From positions 112,382 through 176,381 of the forward strand of contig JAFUTJ010000008.1 of assembly GCA_017471445.1 (NCBI GenBank): 64,000 nucleotides of DNA. Direction: 5' to 3'. Under the pieces are notes generated by a model. The model was not told the origin of the DNA and ran no database searches. It was given only the letters and a program-made list of their open reading frames with translations. Position 1 is the first letter of the stretch, and each line of letters starts with the position of its first letter. The DNA comes from Alphaproteobacteria bacterium. Its GTDB lineage: Bacteria; Pseudomonadota; Alphaproteobacteria; Rs-D84. Shown here piece by piece: positions 48,570 to 56,633 of the stretch. The translations under genes and the position numbers were made by a program.

Positions 48570-50288
48570 TTAAATTATATAGTGGCCGTATGCCGTTACC
48601 GATAACACATTTATTGGCATGGCATCGGTACCACTGATTTCCCAGATTGGCGTAAATGCGTCATATCGTGTCCCCAACATTCCAATTGATGCATCGCCGG
48701 AAAAACCGGTGGCGTTATCCGAATATATAGAATTTGGCAAAGTAACGCGCATGCCATTTAATATCAGTGACTTGGTATCGCGCACACGCACAGACAGCCG
48801 GCGTATGCGCACATGGCGCGCGTTATGTCCACCACCACGCAGTGGCATCGCCGATGCACAATATGAAAAACTGTATGCATTCATATCATTCATTGCGGTT
48901 TCATCAAAGCGTTCAATGGTATACACACCATCGCGACATACACATACAAATGTATTATGACCAATCGTGCATACAGATTGAAAATCACCATGTGTTGTAT
49001 AGTGTGACCATGCGGCAATTCCCATTTGTGCATTGTAATTCATTACCGCCATATCACCCGCGGCCATTACAACATACATGCGGCGCAACGTGTCATTATA
49101 TGTAATGTCAATTGGGTCGTGCATTAAATGTTTCGCCATTGAACATAAATCGGTTGCACGGTAATTCTGGGCCAAATCATCCAACACCAATTGCCGAATG
49201 TCGCATCCGGTACGTGATATAAACACAGTTGCACCCGATACACATTGTGGGGCCAGGTATTTGTCAGTCAAACTGCCCACCGATGTGTGTTGTTTGATAT
49301 CAATTGATGATGGGGTTAATGGTTTACTGGTAATCGCCCATTCACCAGAATCGGTCAATATTTGTAAATTATCACTGGCCACCACGGTGCATATATGTTG
49401 TGGCGATTGCGACAACAATGTTACAAAAATTGCCTCGTCATCCAGACCGGTACCGACATCAAAGTTATTATGACGGCCAACCTGGGACATCCATACGCCA
49501 CATTTGTGCGACCGCGAACCACCGAATATCAGGCGGTCTTGATGAAATGTAATACTGGTTGGCCAACCACGCGCATTTGAAAACACCGATTCACGCCAAT
49601 CGGCAACCGGGCCGGCGGGAATTGAATATGCACCGTTTACAAACGCAACCAATTGCGATTGGTTTATATATTCGCGAATTGTCCATTGTTGATTCATTAC
49701 GATAAATGTACTGCCGACTATATCGGGTGTCCAACATGCGCGATTTGCCGTAAATGTTGCAAAATTATTTCCATATTCATGCGTTGAAATTGTAATCGTT
49801 ACATCCGACGTATCGTCAAAGCGCATAAATGGCATAAACATGTCTTGATTATTATCAGAATGCGCAAATTCAAATCCGGTTAATGTAAACGTGCCACCGT
49901 TGCCGCGTAATACACGCGGGCGATAATCTGGGTGAACAAATATCATGGTATCAAAACGTTGGGCATATTGTATGCATGGAATATCATCTGTACCCCATGG
50001 CGATAATATGTCGCATACGCGCGTGCCATCGGGCGTATATATTGCAATATGTTCTGGCATAATTGCCAATATATAATTTTCATTAACACCAACACAGAAT
50101 GGCACCAGGCGCGCGGCATCATAAATATTACAAACATGCGCCAATCCAGAACGGCGAATAATACCACCACCGTCGGTTACATCCATATTTTCCAACCGCG
50201 ATAAACCATGTATATTATCGTTTGTATAAAATTCTGGGGAAACCGCACCATGCGCAAACGAAGAATACGTTTTTACAAAATTTGTCAT
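48570..50288 (-). CDS. tail tubular protein B (T7 gp12/nozzle)-like
   Basis: ARGWPTSITFHQDRLIFGGS parallels T7 gp12 NPWPSF...FFFRNRLGFLSG, and AAWSHYTTHG parallels QSWSHWDFG. Located after the gp11-like gene. Confidence 0.55.
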   Translation of the reverse strand: MTNFVKTYSSFAHGAVSPEFYTNDNIHGLSRLENMDVTDGGGIIRRSGLAHVCNIYDAARLVPFCVGVNENYILAIMPEHIAIYTPDGTRVCDILSPWGTDDIPCIQYAQRFDTMIFVHPDYRPRVLRGNGGTFTLTGFEFAHSDNNQDMFMPFMRFDDTSDVTITISTHEYGNNFATFTANRACWTPDIVGSTFIVMNQQWTIREYINQSQLVAFVNGAYSIPAGPVADWRESVFSNARGWPTSITFHQDRLIFGGSRSHKCGVWMSQVGRHNNFDVGTGLDDEAIFVTLLSQSPQHICTVVASDNLQILTDSGEWAITSKPLTPSSIDIKQHTSVGSLTDKYLAPQCVSGATVFISRTGCDIRQLVLDDLAQNYRATDLCSMAKHLMHDPIDITYNDTLRRMYVVMAAGDMAVMNYNAQMGIAAWSHYTTHGDFQSVCTIGHNTFVCVCRDGVYTIERFDETAMNDMNAYSFSYCASAMPLRGGGHNARHVRIRRLSVRVRDTKSLILNGMRVTLPNSIYSDNATGFSGDASIGMLGTRYDAFTPIWEISGTDAMPINVLSVTAYGHYII

Positions 50289-50305
50289 ATATAATTTCCC
50301 ATTAA

Positions 50306-50824
50306 TTAAAAGCGAATATTAACCAGCGAAAATGAATCAATCTCTTCGCATGGGGTGGTTGTACTGTCAATAAAGCGGGCCGTTTTTAATTCTGATTCAT
50401 ATAACGTGGCCAACATGCGAAACACATTCTGGTCACCAGTTAATGGGATACAGAATTCCAGTGCCAATTTCGTCGCCGCCAAATCAACAAAATACCCCGG
50501 AAAGCATTCAACCGGCGTGCGCGTTATTGCCAGTATGCGATTTGTTTTTCCCGGTGCGTAAATGCGGTTTCCCACAACGCGCCCACGGCATCGCACAACG
50601 CGCAGTACATTGTTTGGCAAAACAAAATACCCGCCGTCATTGCGTACTAAATCAATTTGGCGACACGCAAATCGCCACGGGTGCGACGCAATTAATCCAT
50701 CCATAATCGGTCCAAACAGTGTGCGCGACAAATTAGCCGCCGCCGTATCATCGGTCAATGCATTTATCGGACGTTCACCCAATTTTAATAATGCCATTGA
50801 ACATATATCTATCTTGGTCAGCAT
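50306..50824 (-). CDS. tail tubular protein A / adaptor (T7 gp11)-like
   Basis: ICSMALLKLGERPINALTDDTAAANLSRTLFGPIMDGLIASHPWRF parallels T7 gp11 VNDILASIGEPPVSTLEGD...[21 protein letters not shown]. Start moved to MLTKIDI (50824, preceded by a G-run RBS). Confidence 0.55.
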   Translation of the reverse strand: MLTKIDICSMALLKLGERPINALTDDTAAANLSRTLFGPIMDGLIASHPWRFACRQIDLVRNDGGYFVLPNNVLRVVRCRGRVVGNRIYAPGKTNRILAITRTPVECFPGYFVDLAATKLALEFCIPLTGDQNVFRMLATLYESELKTARFIDSTTTPCEEIDSFSLVNIRF

Positions 50825-50890
50825 AAAATACCCCCCCATATAAAATTTGGGCCGCGATATTCACGGCCCAATATGAACACACCAAATTAT

Positions 50891-51121
50891 TTATGACAAC
50901 GCCGCTGTCGTAACATTAGACGCAGTAATATTGATTCGCTTAATCGTCGTTGTATCCGATGCGTTAATGATAATAATATCACCAATATTCATCAGCGTTT
51001 TTACCGCATTAAAATACCCCGTGGCAGAAATTGTTGCCATAGTTTCGGTCGCACAATAATGCCACAATGTAAATCCATTTGCATATGCAATAACCGATAA
51101 ATTTTTATTTGTAAATGCCAT
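50891..51121 (-). CDS. small phage structural-module protein
   Basis: 76-aa ORF between the capsid and adaptor genes. Confidence 0.35.
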   Translation of the reverse strand: MAFTNKNLSVIAYANGFTLWHYCATETMATISATGYFNAVKTLMNIGDIIIINASDTTTIKRINITASNVTTAALS

Positions 51122-51147
51122 TTATCTTAATCCTTTGGTAAAAATTG

Positions 51148-51975
51148 TTAGTGTTGGTCTGCAATATCTGCACATTTAACGCGCACGATACCGTTGTTAT
51201 CAATTAATACTGCACCTTGGGACATGCTGTTGCTGATAAAGTGCGCGGCGCGTTCACCATGCCATGAAATATCGGTTTTGACATCTTGCCCGCATGCATG
51301 ACCAATGCTGGATGCATGATAGATAAAGCAATCACGATTATCATCTTTGACCGGCAATGCGTTATACATTACCCATGTAATACCCAACCATTTTTTGGAT
51401 TCAAACCCGCGTGTTAATGGCGAATCAGTTACATAATCTGCGGAAACAAATTCGTCCATTGATAACAATTCGTTCCATTGGCGTACCCCCACAACCGCAA
51501 AGCGGCGGCCATCGTCAGGAACATCGTTTGCGTTTAATATTTCAACCGCAGACAAAATTAAATTTTTGGTCAGACCTGTTGAATAATCACCAACTGCGGT
51601 TTCTGCCGAATTCATTGCATCAACGATTAATTCATCACTCTTGCGTCCCAACGCATACGCACCGGCCGACGCAACGACACGACGTTCGTCAATATTGGTC
51701 TTTAATTCATCCATACGGTCAACCCAATCGCCCGCATAGTAATCAGACAATACGCATTCAACCGGTTCATGTTCCAGATTCATAACCGGAACAATGCCGT
51801 GACGTGATTTTGTACTGGCCACGCCACGCCCAATTTTTGGGAATGTTGTGGATGCGCCAACAACACCCGATTTACTGCGTACTGTTGAACGCAGTTTTGT
51901 GCCCATTTGTTGGTAAGCCAAGTGTACATCGGCTTCGAACTGCTTAATAAAAACATTATCTATGGAAACAGACAT
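51148..51975 (-). CDS. major capsid protein (T7 gp10-like HK97 fold)
   Basis: FIKQFEADVHLAY...GASTTFPKIGRG...DELKTNIDERRVVASAGAYALGRKSDELIVDAM parallels T7 gp10 FLKVFGGEVLTAF...SAQFPVLGR...DVRSEYTSQLGESLAMAADGAVL. Confidence 0.6.
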   Translation of the reverse strand: MSVSIDNVFIKQFEADVHLAYQQMGTKLRSTVRSKSGVVGASTTFPKIGRGVASTKSRHGIVPVMNLEHEPVECVLSDYYAGDWVDRMDELKTNIDERRVVASAGAYALGRKSDELIVDAMNSAETAVGDYSTGLTKNLILSAVEILNANDVPDDGRRFAVVGVRQWNELLSMDEFVSADYVTDSPLTRGFESKKWLGITWVMYNALPVKDDNRDCFIYHASSIGHACGQDVKTDISWHGERAAHFISNSMSQGAVLIDNNGIVRVKCADIADQH

Positions 51976-52145
51976 TTTATAATTATCCTTTTATTAATTA
52001 TTAGTTTTATATATTGCATTTTATTTTGTGTGCCGGTTGTGCAATATGCGCCGGTATGCAAAAGTCGGGTCCAAAAAATGGATTGCCCGGGAAAATTCTG
52101 ATTAATGATTTCCATTTATATGCAAATCAAAAATCATAAATCAGA

Positions 52146-52202
52146 AAAAATGCCCGGCTATTAAATACCGGGCATTAAAATAAAAAACCCGCATTACGCG
52201 GG
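52146..52202 (-). terminator. two tandem rho-independent terminators downstream of the KA-repeat gene
   Basis: On the minus strand, CCCGC-GTAAT-GCGGG followed by TTTTTT (52188-52202 region), then ATGCCCGG...CCGGGCAT followed by TTTTTT (52146-52178). Confidence 0.6.
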
Positions 52203-52212
52203 AAAATAAAAA

Positions 52213-52569
52213 TTATTTTTTCTTGGTGGCTGTCTTTTTGGCGACAGTCTTTTTAACCGTTGCTTTTTTTGCAACCGGTTTTTTAGCAGCAACTTTCTTT
52301 ACAGTTGGCTTTTTCGCCGCAACTGTTTTCTTTGCAACCGGCTTTTTTGCGGCTGTTGCTTTTTTTGCAACAGGCTTTTTCGCCGCAACAGTTTTCTTTG
52401 CGACTGGCTTTTTCGCCGCAACTGTTTTCTTTGCAGCAGGTTTCGTCGCCGTTGCTTTCTTTACCGCCGGCTTTTTCGCCGCAACCGTTTTCTTTGCAGC
52501 AGGTTTCGCAGCCGGTTTCTTTGCAGCAACTGTCTTTTTCGCTGCAGATTTTAAGAATGTGAATGCCAT
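52213..52569 (-). CDS. histone H1-like lysine/alanine-rich repeat protein
   Basis: 118 aa made almost entirely of AAKKP(V/A)AKKTV-type repeats. Strong RBS GAAGGAGAG before the ATG at 52569. The opposite-strand 138-aa ORF is an antisense shadow. Confidence 0.75.
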   Translation of the reverse strand: MAFTFLKSAAKKTVAAKKPAAKPAAKKTVAAKKPAVKKATATKPAAKKTVAAKKPVAKKTVAAKKPVAKKATAAKKPVAKKTVAAKKPTVKKVAAKKPVAKKATVKKTVAKKTATKKK

Positions 52570-52680
52570 TCTTCTCTCCTTCTTGTGTCATTTTTGGATA
52601 GAACAAAATCGTTTTGTTCTTGCTTTATATTTTATATGAATAAAAAAAATTAGTAAAGGAGAAAGTAACTTTTTTTTGTA

Positions 52681-53337
52681 TTATGAATACAATTTCTTGA
52701 AACCATTTTCTATTTTGCGAATATATTCTGCATCGTTATCACGCCAATATTTTGGATCGCGCATCATGCGACGCAAGTCATCATCTGTTAAATTTTCAGA
52801 TACATTTTTTTCGGTACGCACATCTGGTTCCATTGATTGCATCATCTTGTAAATGCTTTGGATTCCCTGGGGTGTGGCGCACAATGCATCAAACGCATCG
52901 CGTGGTAAAAACTTTTCACCAAATGCATTTATTGCATTTAATGCGTCACGTGTTTTTTCATCACTACCGAAAAAATTTTTCATTTCTGACATTGCAGATG
53001 TTTCATTTTGCATTGCAAACAAATCAGATATAACAGGTGATAAAAATTCTGTTGCCAAGGAATAAATTTTTTCAACCTGGGCCGATGTTAATCCAATTTC
53101 ACGAAATTTTTGTCGCAACGAATCGTCATCAAATAAATCATTCGTTGGATAATCTGATGCATTTTCTGGCACACCAATTGCACGATTAAATTTTTCACGC
53201 GTGGCGTCATCTGAATTTTCATCTGGGATTGAAATCATTGAACCGATTTTCTTTTCCAATTCACAATATGATTTTATCAACGCATCTGTATTTAGTGTGC
53301 CATCATTGTTCTTGAATTTTTCTGGAATTTTTTCCAT
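52681..53337 (-). CDS. capsid scaffolding/assembly protein-like
   Basis: MEKIPEKFKNNDGTLNTDALIKSYCELEKKIG is typical of podovirus scaffold N-termini. Acidic and helical, and positioned upstream of the capsid gene. Start moved to 53337. Confidence 0.5.
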   Translation of the reverse strand: MEKIPEKFKNNDGTLNTDALIKSYCELEKKIGSMISIPDENSDDATREKFNRAIGVPENASDYPTNDLFDDDSLRQKFREIGLTSAQVEKIYSLATEFLSPVISDLFAMQNETSAMSEMKNFFGSDEKTRDALNAINAFGEKFLPRDAFDALCATPQGIQSIYKMMQSMEPDVRTEKNVSENLTDDDLRRMMRDPKYWRDNDAEYIRKIENGFKKLYS

Positions 53338-53338
53338 T

Positions 53339-53527
53339 TTATTTTCCTTTTGTTTCATTTGTTTGCTGCATAAAGTAAATGCCACCAATTGTAAATAATG
53401 CACCACACATCGCAAACAAATCAGAATCACCAACCATGTATGCAGCAATTGCAGATATTATTCCAATCGCAGACATTATTCGTGTGCGCGAATTTGCAAA
53501 AAAACCACCACTGAATATTTTATTCAT
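53339..53527 (-). CDS. small two-TM protein (holin-like)
   Basis: MNKIFSGGFFANSRTRIMSAIGIISAIAAYMVG..FAMCGALFTIGGIYF. Lies directly after the hydrolase gene. An alternative start is at 53548. Confidence 0.4.
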   Translation of the reverse strand: MNKIFSGGFFANSRTRIMSAIGIISAIAAYMVGDSDLFAMCGALFTIGGIYFMQQTNETKGK

Positions 53528-53540
53528 GTCTATCACCGGT

Positions 53541-53951
53541 TTACGCATAGAACAGTAATCCATCAATATCGGCAATATATCCACGCGACATTGCCCAATC
53601 TGGGATTACGCCATCATGGTGAAACATTGTTGCGCCGTAACAGTAATCTGGTAAATTCCCATGCAACATGCGTTCTGCGACACGGCAGCACATTTGCAAC
53701 CCACGATTTGCGGCATCAACATTTAATAATTCATGTTTGGATGATGTATCATTCAAAACCAGGAACATATTCTTATCAGAAACAATATCGCGAATTTCAC
53801 GCTTTGTTTTTATTGCAGCGTTCGCAATCATTGATGTTAACGCTTCGGCGGCACGCAAAGATGTGCCACCGGTTTCTGCATAAACAACACGTGCAACACG
53901 ATATACGATACGTTGCGACGCATCTGGGTTCTTTATCAGATTAAAATGCAT
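53541..53951 (-). CDS. cell-wall hydrolase (SleB/Hydrolase_2-like) endolysin candidate
   Basis: VARVVYAETGGTSLRAAEALTSMIANA...ATMFHHDG resembles SleB-family hydrolases. Start moved to MHFNLIK (53951). Confidence 0.55.
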   Translation of the reverse strand: MHFNLIKNPDASQRIVYRVARVVYAETGGTSLRAAEALTSMIANAAIKTKREIRDIVSDKNMFLVLNDTSSKHELLNVDAANRGLQMCCRVAERMLHGNLPDYCYGATMFHHDGVIPDWAMSRGYIADIDGLLFYA

Positions 53952-53976
53952 TATTGGTTCCCCCCGATAAAAAAAT

Positions 53977-54036
53977 CCCGCACAGAAATGTGCGGGACCA
54001 TTAAAAGCGAAAAATCCGCAACCAATTTGCGGACAT
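53977..54036 (-). terminator. two tandem terminators downstream of birA
   Basis: On the minus strand, TCCGCAA-ATTGG-TTGCGGA followed by TTTTT, then CCCGCACA-TTTC-TGTGCGGG followed by TTTTTTT. Confidence 0.6.
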
Positions 54037-54122
54037 AATCTCTCCTGTTGACGCATGATATACTATCACAAATTACATAAAAAGTCAAGTCATTAATTGC
54101 AAGTACCGATTTTCCGCGGTGT

Positions 54123-54791
54123 TCATAATGTTATTTCATCGCCATAGACCAAAAAATATTGTTTATCATGACGCAATATCAACGCGCCATTTTCATTTAA
54201 TCCAATCATTTTAGCCGCGTTTCCACGATAACGTACAGTTTGGTTTAATCCAATCGCCATTTCCATCCAACGCGCACGTACAGACGCAAAATCAGAATGC
54301 ATCCATTTATCCATATTTCGCATCAGCACGCGTAACACGTCCAGAACCGCAATATCTGAACAATAATCCAACATCTTGGTCGTTTTGTATTCGGGAACCG
54401 TTGGATTGTTTTTTATATTTATTCCAATTCCGCATATTACAAATGCACCGGAATATTCTATTAATACACCACTTATTTTTTTACCTGAAACCAGTATGTC
54501 ATTCGGCCATTTTATGTTTGGCGAAATACCAAATGCGGCAAGCGTTTCTGCAATTGCGACCGCAACCGAATACGACAGGCGCGCATCGCGTTCGGGTGAA
54601 TTGTAAATAAAACTGACGTACAAATTACCATGATGGGAAACCCATGTTCGCCGATAACGACCACGACCGGCACTTTGTGCGTGTGCGACAATTGCCATGT
54701 GATCAGTTGCCGTACCAGATGCAATCATTTCATGCGCACGGGTTTGTGTGCTGGGGATTTTATCAAATGAAATTAATTTATAATTTGCCAA
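54123..54791 (-). CDS. birA: biotin--[acetyl-CoA-carboxylase] ligase, group I (no N-terminal HTH)
   Basis: SAGRGRYRRTW (GRGRxGRxW), KWPNDI, GIGIN. At 222 aa it has no DNA-binding domain. Confidence 0.85.
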   Translation of the reverse strand: MANYKLISFDKIPSTQTRAHEMIASGTATDHMAIVAHAQSAGRGRYRRTWVSHHGNLYVSFIYNSPERDARLSYSVAVAIAETLAAFGISPNIKWPNDILVSGKKISGVLIEYSGAFVICGIGINIKNNPTVPEYKTTKMLDYCSDIAVLDVLRVLMRNMDKWMHSDFASVRARWMEMAIGLNQTVRYRGNAAKMIGLNENGALILRHDKQYFLVYGDEITL

Positions 54792-55194
54792 TGGTGTATA
54801 TTCCGCCGTTATTTATTATGAATTGATGTCCGAATGTTTTTCGTAATTGATAAATCGCCGTGTCAACCGCATGCGTTGCCACACACGCATCATAACCCAA
54901 TGCAACCTTTAATTCCGCCATATTTGCGCCGCCGTTATACAGGCGTGCGATAATCTTTTCCTGGGCCGGGGGTAATATCATGTCGTGCCCAAATATTTTT
55001 TTCATAATACCGGTATTGTCCATCGCCCCCAAAATTTTTGCCTTTAATTCAATCCCAGAAATTTTATCATTTAATTTGATTGTATCAAAATCAACATCCG
55101 AATCCGCAGGCAAATCAACAACAGTCGCCCCCAAATCGCCCAAGATTTGACGCCAAACAACATCTGATGTATAAATGCGAATGCCACCCAACAT
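54778..55194 (-). CDS. winged-helix (OmpR/PhoB effector-domain-like) protein
   Basis: The C-terminus EKIIARLYNGGANMAELKVALGYDACVATHAVDTAIYQLRKTFG...GGIYTIG follows the trans_reg_C pattern. Overlaps the birA start by 14 nt. Confidence 0.5.
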   Translation of the reverse strand: MLGGIRIYTSDVVWRQILGDLGATVVDLPADSDVDFDTIKLNDKISGIELKAKILGAMDNTGIMKKIFGHDMILPPAQEKIIARLYNGGANMAELKVALGYDACVATHAVDTAIYQLRKTFGHQFIINNGGIYTIGKL

Positions 55195-55283
55195 GTATTC
55201 AGGTTAAACCACCACAGAACACATGTCCATAAAAAACGCCGCAATATGCGGCAAAAAACACAATTAAATATATGACGTACAAT

Positions 55284-55517
55284 TTATTCGCGATGTGCGA
55301 TAAATTTCGTAAAATCGTCAATATTTGCGCCGGTTGATGACAAGATTTTAGAAATACTGTTGGTTGATGGCCAACGCGGTTGCCCTTCGCGAGACCAGCG
55401 TTTTGACCGGTTAAACGTTGTTGGGTCCAGACCGCTGCACTTGGCCAGGCCCGAACAAGACATTCCGTGTTCTGTGGCAAAACATTCAATTGCGTGCCAA
55501 ACATCGTCGTGTGTCAT
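55284..55517 (-). CDS. small XRE/CI-type HTH protein
   Basis: WHAIECFATEHGMSCSGLAKCSGLDPTTFNRSKR...RWPSTNSISKIL matches the N-terminal HTH of alphaproteobacterial S24-type repressors, but no peptidase domain follows. RBS GAGGAGAA. Confidence 0.65.
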   Translation of the reverse strand: MTHDDVWHAIECFATEHGMSCSGLAKCSGLDPTTFNRSKRWSREGQPRWPSTNSISKILSSTGANIDDFTKFIAHRE

Positions 55518-55657
55518 GATATATTCTCCTCTCTGTTTTATTATTTTCCCGATTCCAAACGCATTTTATGCCTGAAATCCGCCATGTACAACAAGGACTG
55601 TTTCCTAGGGCTAAAAGCATAGAAAATATTGCCCAAAAAATATTTTTGACAAAAGTA

Positions 55658-55686
55658 TTGACAAATAAAATAAAATGTATTATATT
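55658..55686 (+). promoter_or_regulatory. near-consensus sigma70 promoter
   Basis: TTGACA (55658-55663), 17 nt spacer, TATATT (55681-55686). Confidence 0.6.
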
Positions 55687-55692
55687 TCGATT

Positions 55693-55894
55693 CGTCAAAG
55701 GGGGCAACCCCGGCGACCAGGTGCGAAAGCATCTGTGGGGTTCAGGGATTCAGACTCCCTCCTACATTCTCTCTCCTCTGGACCATGGACCCCAGAAACA
55801 TTTTTTAGAATGCCCATTTCTTTTTCTCCTTTCCTTCCTTTCAAGGGCATTCGGAAACACCGCCGGCCGGGAATCCAACCGGCGGCGTTTTTTA
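55693..55894 (+). ncRNA. candidate ~200-nt small RNA with CU-rich (anti-Shine-Dalgarno-like) loops
   Basis: Bounded by the promoter above and by terminator CGCCGG...CCGGCG plus T7 (55859-55894). Hairpins are GGGG-GCAA-CCCC (55701-55712), GGTGC-GAAA-GCATC (55720-55733) and AGGGA-TTCAGAC-TCCCT (55744-55760), followed by CCUACAUUCUCUCUCCUCU. GAATGCCC/GGGCATTC (55808-55852) closes a 29-nt loop UUUCUUUUUCUCCUUUCCUUCCUUUC. There is no plausible ORF, and the downstream gene (ssb) is convergent. Confidence 0.5.
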
Positions 55895-55952
55895 TTTACA
55901 ATTAACAACCATACAAGTGCATATGACGTAATTGGAAAAACAACATAAAAAA

Positions 55953-55978
55953 CGCGGGGATTTGCCCCGCGTTTTTTT
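55953..55978. terminator. bidirectional terminator after ssb
   Basis: CGCGGGG-ATTTG-CCCCGCG flanked by A- and T-runs. Confidence 0.7.
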
Positions 55979-55987
55979 ATCGGCATA

Positions 55988-56446
55988 TTAAAACGGAATA
56001 TCGTCGCCAATTTCCGCAACAGAAATTTCTTCGCGTGGGGCGACGGGTGCCGCCGGGGCCGCGGCGGGTGCACCATAACCATCTGACATGGCCTTGGCAC
56101 CACCCAAGATTACCATTTGACCGGCGAATTGATTCAATGTTACTTCGGTTGTATAAACGTCCACACCCTGTTGATTTTGCCATTTGCGGGTGCGCAGGGA
56201 ACCCTCTAAATACAACTTGGTACCCTTTTGCAACATGCGTTCGGCAACATCAACCAAATTTGGGTTAAATATAACAACGCGGTGCCATTCGGTTTGTTCC
56301 TTTTGTTCACCGGTTTGACGGTCACGCCAACGTTCCGATGTGGCCAATGAAAAACTGATAACCTTTTGTCCGCTTTGCATTGTGCGAACCTGGGGGTCTT
56401 GGCCCACGTTGCCAACCAGAATTACTTTATTTATGCTGCCTGCCAT
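55988..56446 (-). CDS. ssb: single-stranded DNA-binding protein
   Basis: OB-fold N-terminus [23 protein letters not shown], a Gly/Pro/Ala-rich linker, and the acidic tip GDDIPF. Confidence 0.95.
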   Translation of the reverse strand: MAGSINKVILVGNVGQDPQVRTMQSGQKVISFSLATSERWRDRQTGEQKEQTEWHRVVIFNPNLVDVAERMLQKGTKLYLEGSLRTRKWQNQQGVDVYTTEVTLNQFAGQMVILGGAKAMSDGYGAPAAAPAAPVAPREEISVAEIGDDIPF

Positions 56447-56633
56447 GGTTTTCTTCCTTTTTTGTTTTTATTATTCTTATAATTGATTATGCCGAATATT
56501 TACGCAAAATTGCAAGTGAAAAAGATGCGGGGTGTGGGGACTTGACATTTATATGCGGTGACACTACAATATTCATATCAATTTGGGCATGGTCTTGTCC
56601 GATTTATCTTCCACACAACAAAGGATTTTTTCA

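Larger units (their letters stand above)
41514..54056 (-). mobile_element. T7-like (podovirus-type) head/tail-hub gene cluster: defective prophage, satellite or GTA-like element
   Basis: A contiguous minus-strand block encodes a lysin, a holin-like protein, scaffold, capsid, gp11-like, gp12-like, a split TerL and portal. It is flanked by tyrS and birA. An imperfect 13-nt direct repeat TACTATC[G/A]CAAA[A/T] lies at 41512-41524 and 54061-54073. Confidence 0.7.

Noticed and set aside
52223-52639. 138-aa Phe/Ala-rich plus-strand ORF
   Set aside because: It is the antisense of the KA-repeat gene. The minus-strand frame has a strong RBS (GAAGGAGAG), tandem terminators and a well-known protein type. 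The other repeat-derived frames at 52283-52606 and 52305-52562 are likewise artefacts.
55693-55894. tmRNA (including the two-piece alphaproteobacterial form), SRP RNA or RNase P RNA as the identity of the candidate sRNA
   Set aside because: There is no tRNA-like acceptor ending in ...UCCACCA and no alanine-rich tag ORF. The SRP helix-8 GGAA/AGCAGCC motif and the RNase P GGAAAGUCC motif are both absent. The T-loop-like UUCAGAC hairpin is not followed by an acceptor strand and CCA.
55568-55948. 126-aa plus-strand ORF and overlapping small ORFs across the sRNA region
   Set aside because: The ORF begins upstream of the promoter and runs through the terminator. It has low-complexity content derived from the CU-rich tracts and no RBS.
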